Part shown: piece by piece, positions 39,233 through 51,053 of the stretch | Position numbering within the stretch: the first letter of the stretch is position 1 | How the letters are laid out: the number at the start of each line of letters is the position of its first letter | Assembly (NCBI GenBank): GCA_018819285.1 | Contig: JAHJQM010000010.1 | Coordinates: 10,930-74,929, forward strand | From: Candidatus Omnitrophota bacterium | Lineage (GTDB): Bacteria; Omnitrophota; Gorgyraeia; Gorgyraeales; Gorgyraeaceae | Direction: 5' to 3' | Length of the DNA stretch: 64,000 nt | The notes under the pieces: model-generated | The model's database searches: none | Seen by the model: only the letters and a program-made list of their open reading frames with translations | What the model was told of the DNA's origin: nothing | Position numbers and translations under genes: made by a program

Positions 39233-39862
39233 ATGTTTACTGGGATTATTGAAGAAGTTGGCATTGTAAAAGGGATAAATAAAACCGCGACAGGCGCTTT
39301 ATTGAAGATAAAAGCTAGTAAAGTGCATTCCGACGCTAAAATAGGCGACAGTATTTGCGTAAACGGTTCATGCCTGAGCGTAGTTGAAATCAGCGGGAAT
39401 ATTTTAAGTTTTGATGTAGTACCTGAAACGCTTAAAAGGACTGCTCTGGCCCACTTGAAGATTGATTATTCTGTGAACCTGGAAAGAGGCATTAAGGCTG
39501 ATTCCAGGATTGGCGGCCATTTTCTCACAGGCCATGTGGATTACAAGGGCAGCATTATTGATATATCCAGAAAATCAGAAGGCGTTGGTTTTAAGTTGTC
39601 GCTTCCAAAAGAATATTCCAGTTTTGTGGTTGAAAAAGGCTCTGTGGGACTTGATGGCGTTAGCCTTACAGTGGCAAGCGTGACAAAAGAATATTTTACA
39701 GTATATCTTATACCTCATACACTTAAAAGCACTACGTTTTCTATGAAGAAAAGGGGCGATTTTATAAATGTCGAGACAGATATAATAGGAAAATATATAG
39801 CAAAAGATAAAGCAAAAGCCAGCGACTTCAAGGATATTCTAAAGGAATACGGTTATATGTAA
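39233..39862 (+). CDS. ribE: Riboflavin synthase
   Basis: MFTGIIEE N-terminus, GDSICVNGSCL, GGHFLTGHVD and NVETD motifs. Confidence 0.97.
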   Translation: MFTGIIEEVGIVKGINKTATGALLKIKASKVHSDAKIGDSICVNGSCLSVVEISGNILSFDVVPETLKRTALAHLKIDYSVNLERGIKADSRIGGHFLTGHVDYKGSIIDISRKSEGVGFKLSLPKEYSSFVVEKGSVGLDGVSLTVASVTKEYFTVYLIPHTLKSTTFSMKKRGDFINVETDIIGKYIAKDKAKASDFKDILKEYGYM

Positions 39863-39869
39863 CAAGATA

Positions 39870-40910
39870 ATGCCACGCCGAATATTTGTTAAAATATTTT
39901 TTGGGTTTGTAATATTAGTTGTCATATTTTCCGCGACGGTCTATTTTTTTGCTAAACCTGTTCTTCTCTTTATAGCTCAGAAAGAACTTCATAAGATTTT
40001 CAAAGAAAGCTCTGTTCAGGGCATAAAAGTCACGCTTGATTTCGCGGAATTCCAAAATATAAAGATCAGAGAAAAGATGTTTGATGTGAATATTAAAAAG
40101 GCAAGGGTTTATTATGATCTGCGCTCAATATTGAATAAGGAAATAAATAAAGCAGAAGCTATTGACGTAGATTTGAATTTCTATAAAGACGATATAAAAA
40201 TAAAGGCAAGGGCGTCTTTACAATTAGACATGCCTACGAAGTCTATTGATTACATGAAACTCAATATTTCTTCATGTAAGACTAATTTATTTGAGATAGA
40301 AGGGTTGATTCTAAGCGCATCTCAGGGCCAGGATACAGGAGAATTTTACATAAAAGGGATTAATTACAATAACTTAAAAGTAGCTGATGTCATGGGAAAA
40401 AGCGAGTTAAAAGGCAAGTCCCTGTGTATAAAACCTTTATTAATCAGTTTTCTCGGTGGAAATGTGAAAGGAGAATTTAATATTACATTGGACCAGGATA
40501 TAGATTATAATTTAAGCCTTGATACGCAGGGCATGGAGATAAAGAGATTTGTGGATGATATGAAGCTTAACGAGAAATTTAACATGACAGGGAGATTGGG
40601 TGGCGCGTTTTATCTCTCAGGTAAAGGTCAGGATATAAAAGACATAAAAGGCGATTTTAATACAGATGCCCCAGGTGGCGTATTGATTATAAAGGACAAA
40701 ACGTTTCTTGAGAATGTCGCGAAACAGTCAAACCAGCCGCTTGATATAATAGTGGAAAGTTTCAGGAATTACAATTATAATAATGGGATGATAAAGCTTT
40801 TTATGGAAAGCGGGAATATAGGGCTTGATTTAGAATTAGATGGAAGTTCAGGCAAGCGGAGCCTTGCGGTTATTTTGCATGATTTTAACAAAGGAAAGGA
40901 GAGACAATGA
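39870..40910 (+). CDS. YdbH/AsmA-like periplasmic beta-rich protein
   Basis: N-terminal TM anchor, beta-strand pattern, FLGG, TGRLGG and FRNYNY segments; sits before a YnbE/YdbL-like gene. Confidence 0.55.
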   Translation: MPRRIFVKIFFGFVILVVIFSATVYFFAKPVLLFIAQKELHKIFKESSVQGIKVTLDFAEFQNIKIREKMFDVNIKKARVYYDLRSILNKEINKAEAIDVDLNFYKDDIKIKARASLQLDMPTKSIDYMKLNISSCKTNLFEIEGLILSASQGQDTGEFYIKGINYNNLKVADVMGKSELKGKSLCIKPLLISFLGGNVKGEFNITLDQDIDYNLSLDTQGMEIKRFVDDMKLNEKFNMTGRLGGAFYLSGKGQDIKDIKGDFNTDAPGGVLIIKDKTFLENVAKQSNQPLDIIVESFRNYNYNNGMIKLFMESGNIGLDLELDGSSGKRSLAVILHDFNKGKERQ

Positions 40911-41479
40911 AAAAATTCTGGATAATATTTATTGCGCTGGCCGCGTTTTTTGGTTGCGCTAGAGTAAGGGTGGAAGCGCCAAAGGAGCCGATAAAACTGG
41001 ATATATCAATGAGATTGGATATATATCAGCATGTGGCAAAGGATATTAACGCAATTGAAGACATTGTTTCTGGTAATGAAAAGAAGCCTAGCGGAAGTAA
41101 ACAGGGAACCTGGTTAGATGTATTTATAAGAGACGCTTATGCCCAGGAATCATTCGGGCCTGAGGTCGAGAAAGCAGCTTATAGCCGCAGGGACAGGAAA
41201 AGTGAATTAGATTCATGGGAGGAAAAGGGAGTTATCGGAGAGAGTAAACTTGGCATGGTTGAAATAAGAGGAAGCGCAGATTCTTCAACCAAGGCTTTAA
41301 TTGATGCAGAGAACACAGACCGCATGGTGATATATAACGCCATTGCAACTAAAAACAGGATTTCTATTGAAGAAGTACAGAAAATGTACGCTAAAAAGCT
41401 TCAGGACGGAGCTAACCCTGGAACACCTATAGAAACTTTAAATGAATCCACGGGCCAGTATGAGTGGAAGGTAAAATGA
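40907..41479 (+). CDS. Lipoprotein, YnbE-like N-terminus fused to YdbL/DUF1318-like domain
   Basis: Lipobox FFGC; VEAPKEPIKLDISMRLD; GVIGESKLG...ENTDRMVIY...G.W pattern. Confidence 0.7.
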   Translation: MKKFWIIFIALAAFFGCARVRVEAPKEPIKLDISMRLDIYQHVAKDINAIEDIVSGNEKKPSGSKQGTWLDVFIRDAYAQESFGPEVEKAAYSRRDRKSELDSWEEKGVIGESKLGMVEIRGSADSSTKALIDAENTDRMVIYNAIATKNRISIEEVQKMYAKKLQDGANPGTPIETLNESTGQYEWKVK

Positions 41480-42516
41480 TAATAATAGTTAATTTAGTAG
41501 GTTTTTTTATTATAGCTATCCTGATGTTATTTTTTAATAAAAAGGCCAGAGAGTCTGCATTAAAGGAGAACGAAGAAAAGATAAATGTTCTTCGTCGCGA
41601 ATGGGGCGATACGCTTTCTAAGAACACAGAGCTTATTTTAAAACAGCTTAATGAAAGCGCCAAGGTCCAGCAGATAGTAAGCTCCGGCATGGGAGAGAGG
41701 CTTGATAACGCGACAAAGGTTTTCGGCGATGTGAAAAAAAGCCTTGGTTCCCTGGATGAAAAAACCCAGCAGATTTACGAGGTTGGCAAGGATATAGCGA
41801 GTTTACAGGAAATACTCAAGGCCCCTAAGATGAGGGGCGGGCTTGGAGAACTGTTTTTAGAGTCGCTTCTTGAGCAGATAATGCCTTATAAGGATTTTTA
41901 TGAGCTTCAGTATTGTTTCAAGACAGGCGAAAGAGTGGATGCTGCCATCAAGATAGGCAGCAGGCTTGTGCCTGTGGATTCAAAATTTCCACTCGAGAGT
42001 TTTAAACGTTTTGTGGAAGTGACAGGCGATGAGGATAAAAAACGCGCGAAAAGGGAATTTATAAAAGCTGTAAAGACACATATAGATGACATTGCAGCTA
42101 AATATATACTTCCTGACGAAGGTACTTATGATTTTGCCCTTATGTACATACCTGCGGAAAATGTGTATTATGAGACGATCATAAAAGACGAGGTCTTCGG
42201 AGAAGAAAAATCCATATTCAGCCATGCCATATCCAAAAAAGTAATACCTGTATCTCCGAATAGTTTTTATGCGTATCTGCAGGTTATTATCCTTGGCATG
42301 AAAGGGTTGAAGGTAGAAGAAAAGGCGCAGGAAGTGATCAAGATGCTTATTACCTTGAAAGGCTCTCTTGGAAAATTCACAGAGGATTTTGAGATAATAG
42401 GGACTCATCTTGATAATATAAAATCAAGTTATGAAAGGGCAGTAAAAAGTTTAGATAAATTCGAAGACAAGCTACTCTCAGTGGATTCACTGGAAGAAAA
42501 GAAAAAGTTAACTTGA
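41476..42516 (+). CDS. rmuC: DNA recombination protein RmuC
   Basis: RGGLGE, VDSKFP, YILPDEGTYDFALMYIPAE and VSP motifs. Confidence 0.93.
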   Translation: MIIIVNLVGFFIIAILMLFFNKKARESALKENEEKINVLRREWGDTLSKNTELILKQLNESAKVQQIVSSGMGERLDNATKVFGDVKKSLGSLDEKTQQIYEVGKDIASLQEILKAPKMRGGLGELFLESLLEQIMPYKDFYELQYCFKTGERVDAAIKIGSRLVPVDSKFPLESFKRFVEVTGDEDKKRAKREFIKAVKTHIDDIAAKYILPDEGTYDFALMYIPAENVYYETIIKDEVFGEEKSIFSHAISKKVIPVSPNSFYAYLQVIILGMKGLKVEEKAQEVIKMLITLKGSLGKFTEDFEIIGTHLDNIKSSYERAVKSLDKFEDKLLSVDSLEEKKKLT

Positions 42517-42526
42517 AGTTTTAGCA

Positions 42527-42563
42527 AGGTTTGGAACACGAGGCTGTGCCCCGTTCCAAACCT
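42527..42563. repeat. Inverted repeat upstream of tRNA-Pro
   Basis: aggtttggaac...gttccaaacct. Confidence 0.7.
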
Positions 42564-42600
42564 GTATGAAGCTTTTAAAAATATCCACTTAGATTTGGAA

Positions 42601-42678
42601 CGGGGAGTAGCGCAGTTGGCTTAGCGCGCTTGCTTCGGGAGCAAGAGGCCGGCGGTTCGAATCCGCCCTCCCCGACCA
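42601..42678 (+). tRNA. tRNA-Pro (anticodon CGG)
   Basis: Acceptor cggggag/ctccccg, anticodon stem cttgc-ttCGGga-gcaag, T-loop ggttcgaatcc, encoded CCA. Confidence 0.97.
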
Positions 42679-42749
42679 CTCTAAAAATTACCCCTTAATC
42701 AAGTATAATATTACCCGGAATAAAGAGGTAATCCAGAGAAAAGGGTTGC

Positions 42750-45040
<2,291 letters not shown>

Positions 45041-45081
45041 CTAACTTTACAAATTGTGCCTGGCACGAATTGTAAAGTTAG
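45041..45081. repeat. 41-bp palindrome (family G) directly after the ligA stop
   Basis: ctaactttacaa-att-gtgcc-t-ggcac-gaa-ttgtaaagttag. Confidence 0.8.
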
Positions 45082-45102
45082 AAAGATAGGGAAGGGAGTT
45101 AT

Positions 45103-45597
45103 ATGGTAAAAAATGCATGGATACAGAAATCTATTATAGTTGTTTTGTGCATATGTATTGCAGGGTGCGCGGGGATGCAGAGAAAGTTTACGCGTAAAAA
45201 ACAGCAGGAGGAAAAGCCGTTACCTATTGTTACTACATATGATTATCCAATAGAGCAGAGGGTGGACGAACTTTATAAAAAACGGTTTTTATTCTGGAAA
45301 TCATGGCAAGGGGAATTGATTTACAGGATGGACGACTCTTATAAAAAAAGAACAGAGTGTTATAATGAACTAATGCAGAATTTACTGGAGATGCAGAAAT
45401 ATCTTAATGACGAAAAATATAAAGAGCTGGAAGGTTTTATGGTAGAAATAAAATCAGTAGACCCTGATGTTAAAAAGATAAATTTGACAAACAGCGAGAA
45501 ATACAGAATTACGCAGGTTTTAGAGAAGACAAAACGGCTTATAGATAAAAGATTTTCGTATAGCCACATAAAGGATTTTCTCCAGTTAAGGAAATAA
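45103..45597 (+). CDS. Hypothetical lipoprotein
   Basis: GGGAG SD, hydrophobic stretch and IAGC lipobox; fills the gap in an operon. Confidence 0.75.
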   Translation: MVKNAWIQKSIIVVLCICIAGCAGMQRKFTRKKQQEEKPLPIVTTYDYPIEQRVDELYKKRFLFWKSWQGELIYRMDDSYKKRTECYNELMQNLLEMQKYLNDEKYKELEGFMVEIKSVDPDVKKINLTNSEKYRITQVLEKTKRLIDKRFSYSHIKDFLQLRK

Positions 45598-45600
45598 AAA

Positions 45601-46209
45601 GTGCTTATCAAGAAAATAGTCGTAGGGCCTCTGGAATCAAATTGTTATCTCGTAGGCGATGAGCATACAAAAGAGATTTTTGTAATAGACCCAGGCGGAG
45701 ATTACAAGGAAATTAAAAGCGTTATAGATAAATACAGCCTGAAACCAAAAGCTGTTATAAATACCCACGGCCATGGAGACCATATAGGCGCCAATAAGGA
45801 GTTCAGTATTCCTGTATGGATACACCGGCTGGACGCTGATTTTTTGATGGATCCTTCTAAAAATCTGTCAGGCGCATTTGGATTTCTTCTTAAAACAAAA
45901 TCTGCTTCAAGATTATTAGAAGATGGGGATATGCTAGATATAGGTAAATATAACCTTGAGGTTATCCACACCCCTGGACATACGCCAGGCTCTATTTGCC
46001 TGAAGGGCGCTGGAGTGATTCTCACAGGAGATACGCTTTTTTGCCAAGGCATAGGCAGGACTGATTTTACATACGGCTCGGAGGAAGATATTACAAGCTC
46101 TATAAAAGAAAAATTGTTCACGCTGGATGATGATTATGTTATTTATCCAGGCCATGGGCCGAGTTCTACGATAGGAAACGAAAAGATTAATAACCCATTT
46201 ATTTTATAA
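45601..46209 (+). CDS. Metallo-beta-lactamase-fold hydrolase (glyoxalase II-like)
   Basis: THGHGDHIG, TPGHTPG, GDTLF and PGHG motifs. Confidence 0.93.
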   Translation: MLIKKIVVGPLESNCYLVGDEHTKEIFVIDPGGDYKEIKSVIDKYSLKPKAVINTHGHGDHIGANKEFSIPVWIHRLDADFLMDPSKNLSGAFGFLLKTKSASRLLEDGDMLDIGKYNLEVIHTPGHTPGSICLKGAGVILTGDTLFCQGIGRTDFTYGSEEDITSSIKEKLFTLDDDYVIYPGHGPSSTIGNEKINNPFIL

Positions 46210-46221
46210 CTTCTGATCCAT

Positions 46222-47109
46222 ATGGATGAATTAATAGAGCAATTTTTGAGTTATATATCTGTTGAAAAGGGAATGGCGAATAATACACTCAGTTCCTATA
46301 AAAGAGATCTTTGTAAATTCGCTGGTTATTTAAAATCAAAAAAGATTGATTCCATAGATAAGGTCTCCAGGCAGATGATAAATTCATTTATGATGGCTGA
46401 AAAGGACAGGGGGCTCGCTTCTAATTCGGTTTCAAGGGAACTTGCGTGCATAAAGAGTTTTTTTAAGTTTCTTTTAAAGGAAAATATAATCAAAGAGAAC
46501 GCAACAACTATTATAGAATCCCCCAAATTATGGAAAAAACTTCCATTTACTCTGAGCGTGAGCGAGGTTGAGACCTTGTTGAATGCCCCGAATGTCAGAG
46601 ATCTCATGGAGATGAGAGATAAGGCTTGCCTGGAGCTTATGTATGCTACAGGTATGAGAGTTTCAGAGCTTGTAAACCTTAAAATGGATGATATTAATAT
46701 GGGGGTTGGTTTTGCAAAATGTTTTGGAAAAGGCTCAAAGGAAAGGATAGTGCCTTTTGGCAGAAAGGCAAAAGAAAGCTTAGATAGGTATCTGGAAAAA
46801 TCCAGGCCGCAATTTTTGAAAAAGAGTATTTCAAATTATTTATTTTTAACCAGGTTATCTAAGCCTATGTCGCGCCAGACATTCTGGAAGATTATAAAAA
46901 GATATGTAAAGGTAGCCAGGATTAAAAAAAATATTACACCTCATAGCTTAAGGCATTCTTTTGCAACGCACATACTTGAGAGAGGCGCTGACCTGAGAAT
47001 AGTGCAAGAGATGCTTGGGCATGCAGATATCTCTACCACGCAGATTTATACGCATGTAAGTAAAGACAGGTTGAAATCGATTCACCAGAAGTATCATCCT
47101 AGACCATAA
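46222..47109 (+). CDS. xerD: Tyrosine recombinase XerD
   Basis: YATGMRVSEL, GKGSKER, PHSLRHSFATH, LGHADISTTQIYTHV and HPR motifs. Confidence 0.93.
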   Translation: MDELIEQFLSYISVEKGMANNTLSSYKRDLCKFAGYLKSKKIDSIDKVSRQMINSFMMAEKDRGLASNSVSRELACIKSFFKFLLKENIIKENATTIIESPKLWKKLPFTLSVSEVETLLNAPNVRDLMEMRDKACLELMYATGMRVSELVNLKMDDINMGVGFAKCFGKGSKERIVPFGRKAKESLDRYLEKSRPQFLKKSISNYLFLTRLSKPMSRQTFWKIIKRYVKVARIKKNITPHSLRHSFATHILERGADLRIVQEMLGHADISTTQIYTHVSKDRLKSIHQKYHPRP

Positions 47110-47139
47110 AAATACACCTCCAGAGGCGGTGAGGTCCAT

Positions 47140-47781
47140 ATGGCTGACATTTTAAAATCTATACGAAGTTATTTTGAGATGGAAAGGGAAAACGGTATAT
47201 CCGAATATCTTTTTTCATCCAAGTCAAAGGATATCCAGCTGTCTTTGGTTAAAAACCAAGTATTGAATTGCCAGAAATGTCCGTTGGGAAAGATGCGGAC
47301 AAATAGCGTATTTGGTTCAGGCAATATAAACGCAAAGCTCGTATTTGTCGGAGAGGCGCCTGGCCGTGACGAAGATATACAAGGCATACCTTTTGTAGGA
47401 GAGGCCGGCATGCTTCTCACAAAAATAATAGAGGCAATGGGCATTAAAAGAGACGATGTTTATATTTGTAATATTTTAAAATGCCGGCCACCACAAAATA
47501 GAAATCCATTGCCAGAAGAAATCTCTATATGCATAGACTATCTTTACGCTCAGATAGATATGATAAAGCCAAAGATAATATGCGGGCTTGGAAAATTTGC
47601 CAGCCAGACCCTTCTCGGAACAGAGGCGCCTATAAGTAAGCTCAGAGGCAACTGGCGCGAATATAGAGGAATAAAATTTATGCCTACATATCATCCCGCA
47701 TATCTTCTGCGTAATCCCGGGGATAAGAAATTGGTATGGGGAGATATGAAAAAGATAATAGAAGCGTTGAAAGACCACTAA
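47140..47781 (+). CDS. Uracil-DNA glycosylase, family 4
   Basis: CQKC, GEAPG, KCRPP.NR.P and YHPAYLLR motifs. Confidence 0.93.
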   Translation: MADILKSIRSYFEMERENGISEYLFSSKSKDIQLSLVKNQVLNCQKCPLGKMRTNSVFGSGNINAKLVFVGEAPGRDEDIQGIPFVGEAGMLLTKIIEAMGIKRDDVYICNILKCRPPQNRNPLPEEISICIDYLYAQIDMIKPKIICGLGKFASQTLLGTEAPISKLRGNWREYRGIKFMPTYHPAYLLRNPGDKKLVWGDMKKIIEALKDH

Positions 47782-47786
47782 TGGAG

Positions 47787-47835
47787 AAGACCAGGACTTG
47801 AGCACAGTAATTGCTGTGCTCAAGACCTGGTCTTG
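47787..47835. repeat. Palindromic repeat family B, copy 2 (two partial units back-to-back)
   Basis: aagaccaggacttgagcacag-taattg-ctgtgctcaagacctggtcttg. Confidence 0.85.
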
Positions 47836-47842
47836 TGAAGAG

Positions 47843-49846
47843 ATGTATGCAGATATAGTTATTAACCGGCCCATAGAAAGGCCTTTTACATATTCTATCC
47901 CGGAATCTCTTAAGGAGGATATTAAGATAGGGAGTATAGTAGAGGTGTCTTTTGGAAACAAGGTAGTTACGGGTTATGTGGTAGGGCTTTCTGATGAATG
48001 CGACATAGAAAAAATTAAGCCTATAAATAGTATTTTTGATAAAACCCTGTGTGTAGATTCCAAGATGCTGGAGCTTACAAAATGGATTTCAACGTATTAT
48101 TATTCTTCCTGGGGAGAGTCGATCTCAGCAGCTATTCCCAGCGTTCTTAAAAAAGGCGCCTCCGGGAAAAGACAAAGAAAAGAAAAACACAATGAAGAAG
48201 AAAAGGAGTTTGAATTTATAGACGGCTCTGATAAGCATCTTATGCCCAATGAAGAACAAAAGCTCGCGCTCGATTGCATAACGAATTCAATAGATGCCAG
48301 GATTCACAGGGTTTTTCTTCTGCATGGCGTAACAGGAAGCGGAAAAACAGAGGTTTATCTTCAATCAATAGCCCATGCCTTAGAGCTCGGGCTTTCCAGC
48401 ATAATACTTGTTCCTGAGATTTCGCTTACGCCGCAGACCGTAGCGCGCTTCAAAGCAAGATTCGGGGATAAAATAGCAGTATTGCATTCAAGGCTTCTCG
48501 GGTCCAAGCGTATTTCTGAATGGCATAGAATAAGTTCAGGCGCAGCCCAGATTGTTATAGGGCCGCGCTCAGCTGTATTTGCGCCTCTTAAAAATCTAGG
48601 GCTGATAGTCGTAGACGAGGAACACGAGACATCTTATAAACAGGAGGATGTGCCCAGGTATAACGCAAGGGACGTGGCAATAAAAAGGGCGGAGCTTTCA
48701 AAAGCTATTGTAATACTGGGGAGCGCCACCCCGTCATTAGAATCTTTTTATGCAGCTAAAAATGGAAAATTTACTCTTATAGAACTCCCTGAAAGGATAG
48801 ATTCCAGGCTTTTACCGGCAGTAGATATAGTAGACATGCGGGAGGAGATGACAAGGGCCAAGAAGATCCCTATATTTTCGCAGAAACTTAAAGAATGGAT
48901 AGAGAAGGATATAGCTGAGAAAAAACAGGTCATACTTTTTTTAAATAGGCGCGGCTTCTCAACATTCATAAATTGCAGAAAATGCGGATATGTCATTAAA
49001 TGCAAACGCTGCAGCGTCAGCCTCACGTATCATTTTGATAAGAAAAAACTTGTGTGCCACCATTGTAATTTTAATATGGCTCCTCCTGAAATCTGTCCTG
49101 AATGTAACGCTAGCTATTTAAAATACTGGGGCCTTGGCACAGAAAAGGTTGAAAGCGAAGCCCACAGGCTTTTTCCGCAAGCCTCTATAGCGCGCATGGA
49201 TACTGACGCTACCCACAAGCGCGGCGCGCACAATAAGATACTTTTAAAGTTTAAAGACGCTCATCTGGATATTCTAATAGGCACTCAGATGATAGCCAAA
49301 GGCCTGGATTTTCCAAAGGTTACGCTTGTCGGAGTTATATCAGCTGACACAGCTTTAAATCTTCCTGATTTCAGGTCAGCTGAGCGCACATTTAATTTAT
49401 TGACGCAAGTTGCAGGCCGCGCTGGAAGGGGCGATCTGGGAGGCAGGGTAATAATACAGAGTTATACGCCTGGGCATTATTCAATCCAGGCATCTAAAAA
49501 TCATGATTACAATACGTTTTACGACAAAGAGATATCACTGCGAAAAGAACTATATCTTCCGCCATTCTGCCATATGGTTAGCTTGACCCTTAGGGGCAGA
49601 AAAGAAGAAAGGGTTTTTAAGGCAAGCTATAATTTAAAGTCCAGCCTTGAAAAAGAAACAAAATCTAAAAATATAGAAATCTTAGGGCCTGCGCCTGCTC
49701 CGATTTCAAAGATGAAGGGCATGTACAGGTGGAGCATATTTTTAAGGTCAGAAACCGCAGGAGATATTACATCTATTTTGAAAAAGGCGCTGGATAAGAA
49801 TAAAAACTCAGGAATTATTATAACAGTGGATGTGGACCCGTCTTAA
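47843..49846 (+). CDS. priA: Primosomal protein N' (PriA helicase)
   Basis: GVTGSGKTE, VPEISLTPQ, DEEH, SATPS, two Cys-rich Zn sites and QVAGRAGR; start moved out of repeat B. Confidence 0.97.
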   Translation: MYADIVINRPIERPFTYSIPESLKEDIKIGSIVEVSFGNKVVTGYVVGLSDECDIEKIKPINSIFDKTLCVDSKMLELTKWISTYYYSSWGESISAAIPSVLKKGASGKRQRKEKHNEEEKEFEFIDGSDKHLMPNEEQKLALDCITNSIDARIHRVFLLHGVTGSGKTEVYLQSIAHALELGLSSIILVPEISLTPQTVARFKARFGDKIAVLHSRLLGSKRISEWHRISSGAAQIVIGPRSAVFAPLKNLGLIVVDEEHETSYKQEDVPRYNARDVAIKRAELSKAIVILGSATPSLESFYAAKNGKFTLIELPERIDSRLLPAVDIVDMREEMTRAKKIPIFSQKLKEWIEKDIAEKKQVILFLNRRGFSTFINCRKCGYVIKCKRCSVSLTYHFDKKKLVCHHCNFNMAPPEICPECNASYLKYWGLGTEKVESEAHRLFPQASIARMDTDATHKRGAHNKILLKFKDAHLDILIGTQMIAKGLDFPKVTLVGVISADTALNLPDFRSAERTFNLLTQVAGRAGRGDLGGRVIIQSYTPGHYSIQASKNHDYNTFYDKEISLRKELYLPPFCHMVSLTLRGRKEERVFKASYNLKSSLEKETKSKNIEILGPAPAPISKMKGMYRWSIFLRSETAGDITSILKKALDKNKNSGIIITVDVDPS

Positions 49847-50415
49847 TTTCCGAATTCGCGTTTGAGGGTTCCAAGGGCATCAAGGTTTTTGAAGGATTTC
49901 AGGACTTCTGTGTCGTTAGGGTTTATTTTAAGCGCTGATTCGTAAGTTGCTTTAGCATTGCGATAGTCTTCTTTTTTTACGTATAACTCTCCAAGTTTTT
50001 TAAGCGTGTCTATATCTTTTGGATTCGCCAGTTTCGCCTCTTCCAGATTATTTATTGCGTGGAGCAGCATTCCTTTTTTATAAAATATATCAGCTATATT
50101 TTTTAATGTTTCAAAGTCATTGGGGTTAGAAGCCATTATCTTTTCAAGTAACTCAAGGCATCCTGGCATATTGCCTTTTTTCAACATGCCATTAGCCTGC
50201 ATTGAAAGAAAAAATTTATTTACTGAACTGGCAATAGAAGGTTTAGAACCTTCTGCTTTCTTTTGAAGCGAAAGGTGCAGATAGCGCCTGGCTTCCAGGT
50301 GGTCGTATCGGGCTGATAGTATCTGAGAAAATAGCTCAATGGCGTAATCGTAATTTTGCTTTTCAAATGCCAGAAGCCCTTTATTGTAAAATTCTTTTAA
50401 TTCCTTTTCATCCAT
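49843..50415 (-). CDS. TPR-repeat protein
   Basis: TPR patterns (LGELY...A...YESALKINP); start set at MDEK behind a TTGACA-17-TAGAAT promoter. Confidence 0.8.
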   Translation of the reverse strand: MDEKELKEFYNKGLLAFEKQNYDYAIELFSQILSARYDHLEARRYLHLSLQKKAEGSKPSIASSVNKFFLSMQANGMLKKGNMPGCLELLEKIMASNPNDFETLKNIADIFYKKGMLLHAINNLEEAKLANPKDIDTLKKLGELYVKKEDYRNAKATYESALKINPNDTEVLKSFKNLDALGTLKREFGN

Positions 50416-50423
50416 ATGAAACA

Positions 50424-50474
50424 ATTCTACATTAAGGTTATATGATTGTCAAGATGGAAGAGGTATGGTAAAAT
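50424..50474. promoter_or_regulatory. Divergent overlapping sigma70 promoters (TPR gene and def)
   Basis: Minus strand TTGACA-17-TAGAAT (50452-50424); plus strand TTGTCA-17-TAAAAT (50446-50474); shared ttgtcaa. Confidence 0.6.
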
Positions 50475-50484
50475 AAAAAAGCAT

Positions 50485-50991
50485 ATGGCAAAGTTAGAAA
50501 TAAAAATATATCCAGACCCGGCGTTACGGAAGAAAGCCAGGCAGGCAGGAAAAGTAGGCAACGATGAGCGCAAGCTTGCTTATGATATGATAGAGACAAT
50601 GCGCTCTAGCAATGGGGTTGGCCTGGCAGCTCCTCAGGTAGGCATCAGTAAGCGCATTATAGTTGTAGAAGATATGGTTGGAAATAATAAGATAGCCTTA
50701 ACCTTAATTAATCCTAAGATAACCCAGAAAAAAGGAAAGGTAAAGTTTTGCGAAGGCTGTTTGAGTTTACCAGGCGTTTCCAGCGATGTTATAAGGCCTG
50801 AGTTTATTACAGTAGAGGCGCTTAATCTTGACGGAGATATGTTTAAGATAAACGCAGAAGGCCTTCTTGCCAGGATAATACAGCACGAAACAGATCATCT
50901 GGACGGAATACTTTTTGTAGACAAGATAGGATTTTTGAAGCGCAAGAAGATTATCAAGCAGTTTGGCGCGAAGGTCTGTATGGAATTTTAA
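50485..50991 (+). CDS. def: Peptide deformylase
   Basis: GVGLAAPQ, EGCLS and QHETDHLDG motifs. Confidence 0.97.
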   Translation: MAKLEIKIYPDPALRKKARQAGKVGNDERKLAYDMIETMRSSNGVGLAAPQVGISKRIIVVEDMVGNNKIALTLINPKITQKKGKVKFCEGCLSLPGVSSDVIRPEFITVEALNLDGDMFKINAEGLLARIIQHETDHLDGILFVDKIGFLKRKKIIKQFGAKVCMEF

Positions 50992-51030
50992 ATAAGTTGA
51001 CACTCTGACATTGTCAGAGTGTCAACTTAT
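50992..51030. repeat. Palindromic repeat family A, copy 6 (perfect 39-bp)
   Basis: ataagttgacactctgaca-t-tgtcagagtgtcaacttat. Confidence 0.97.
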
Positions 51031-51053
51031 AATACATTAATTCATAGGGGACT

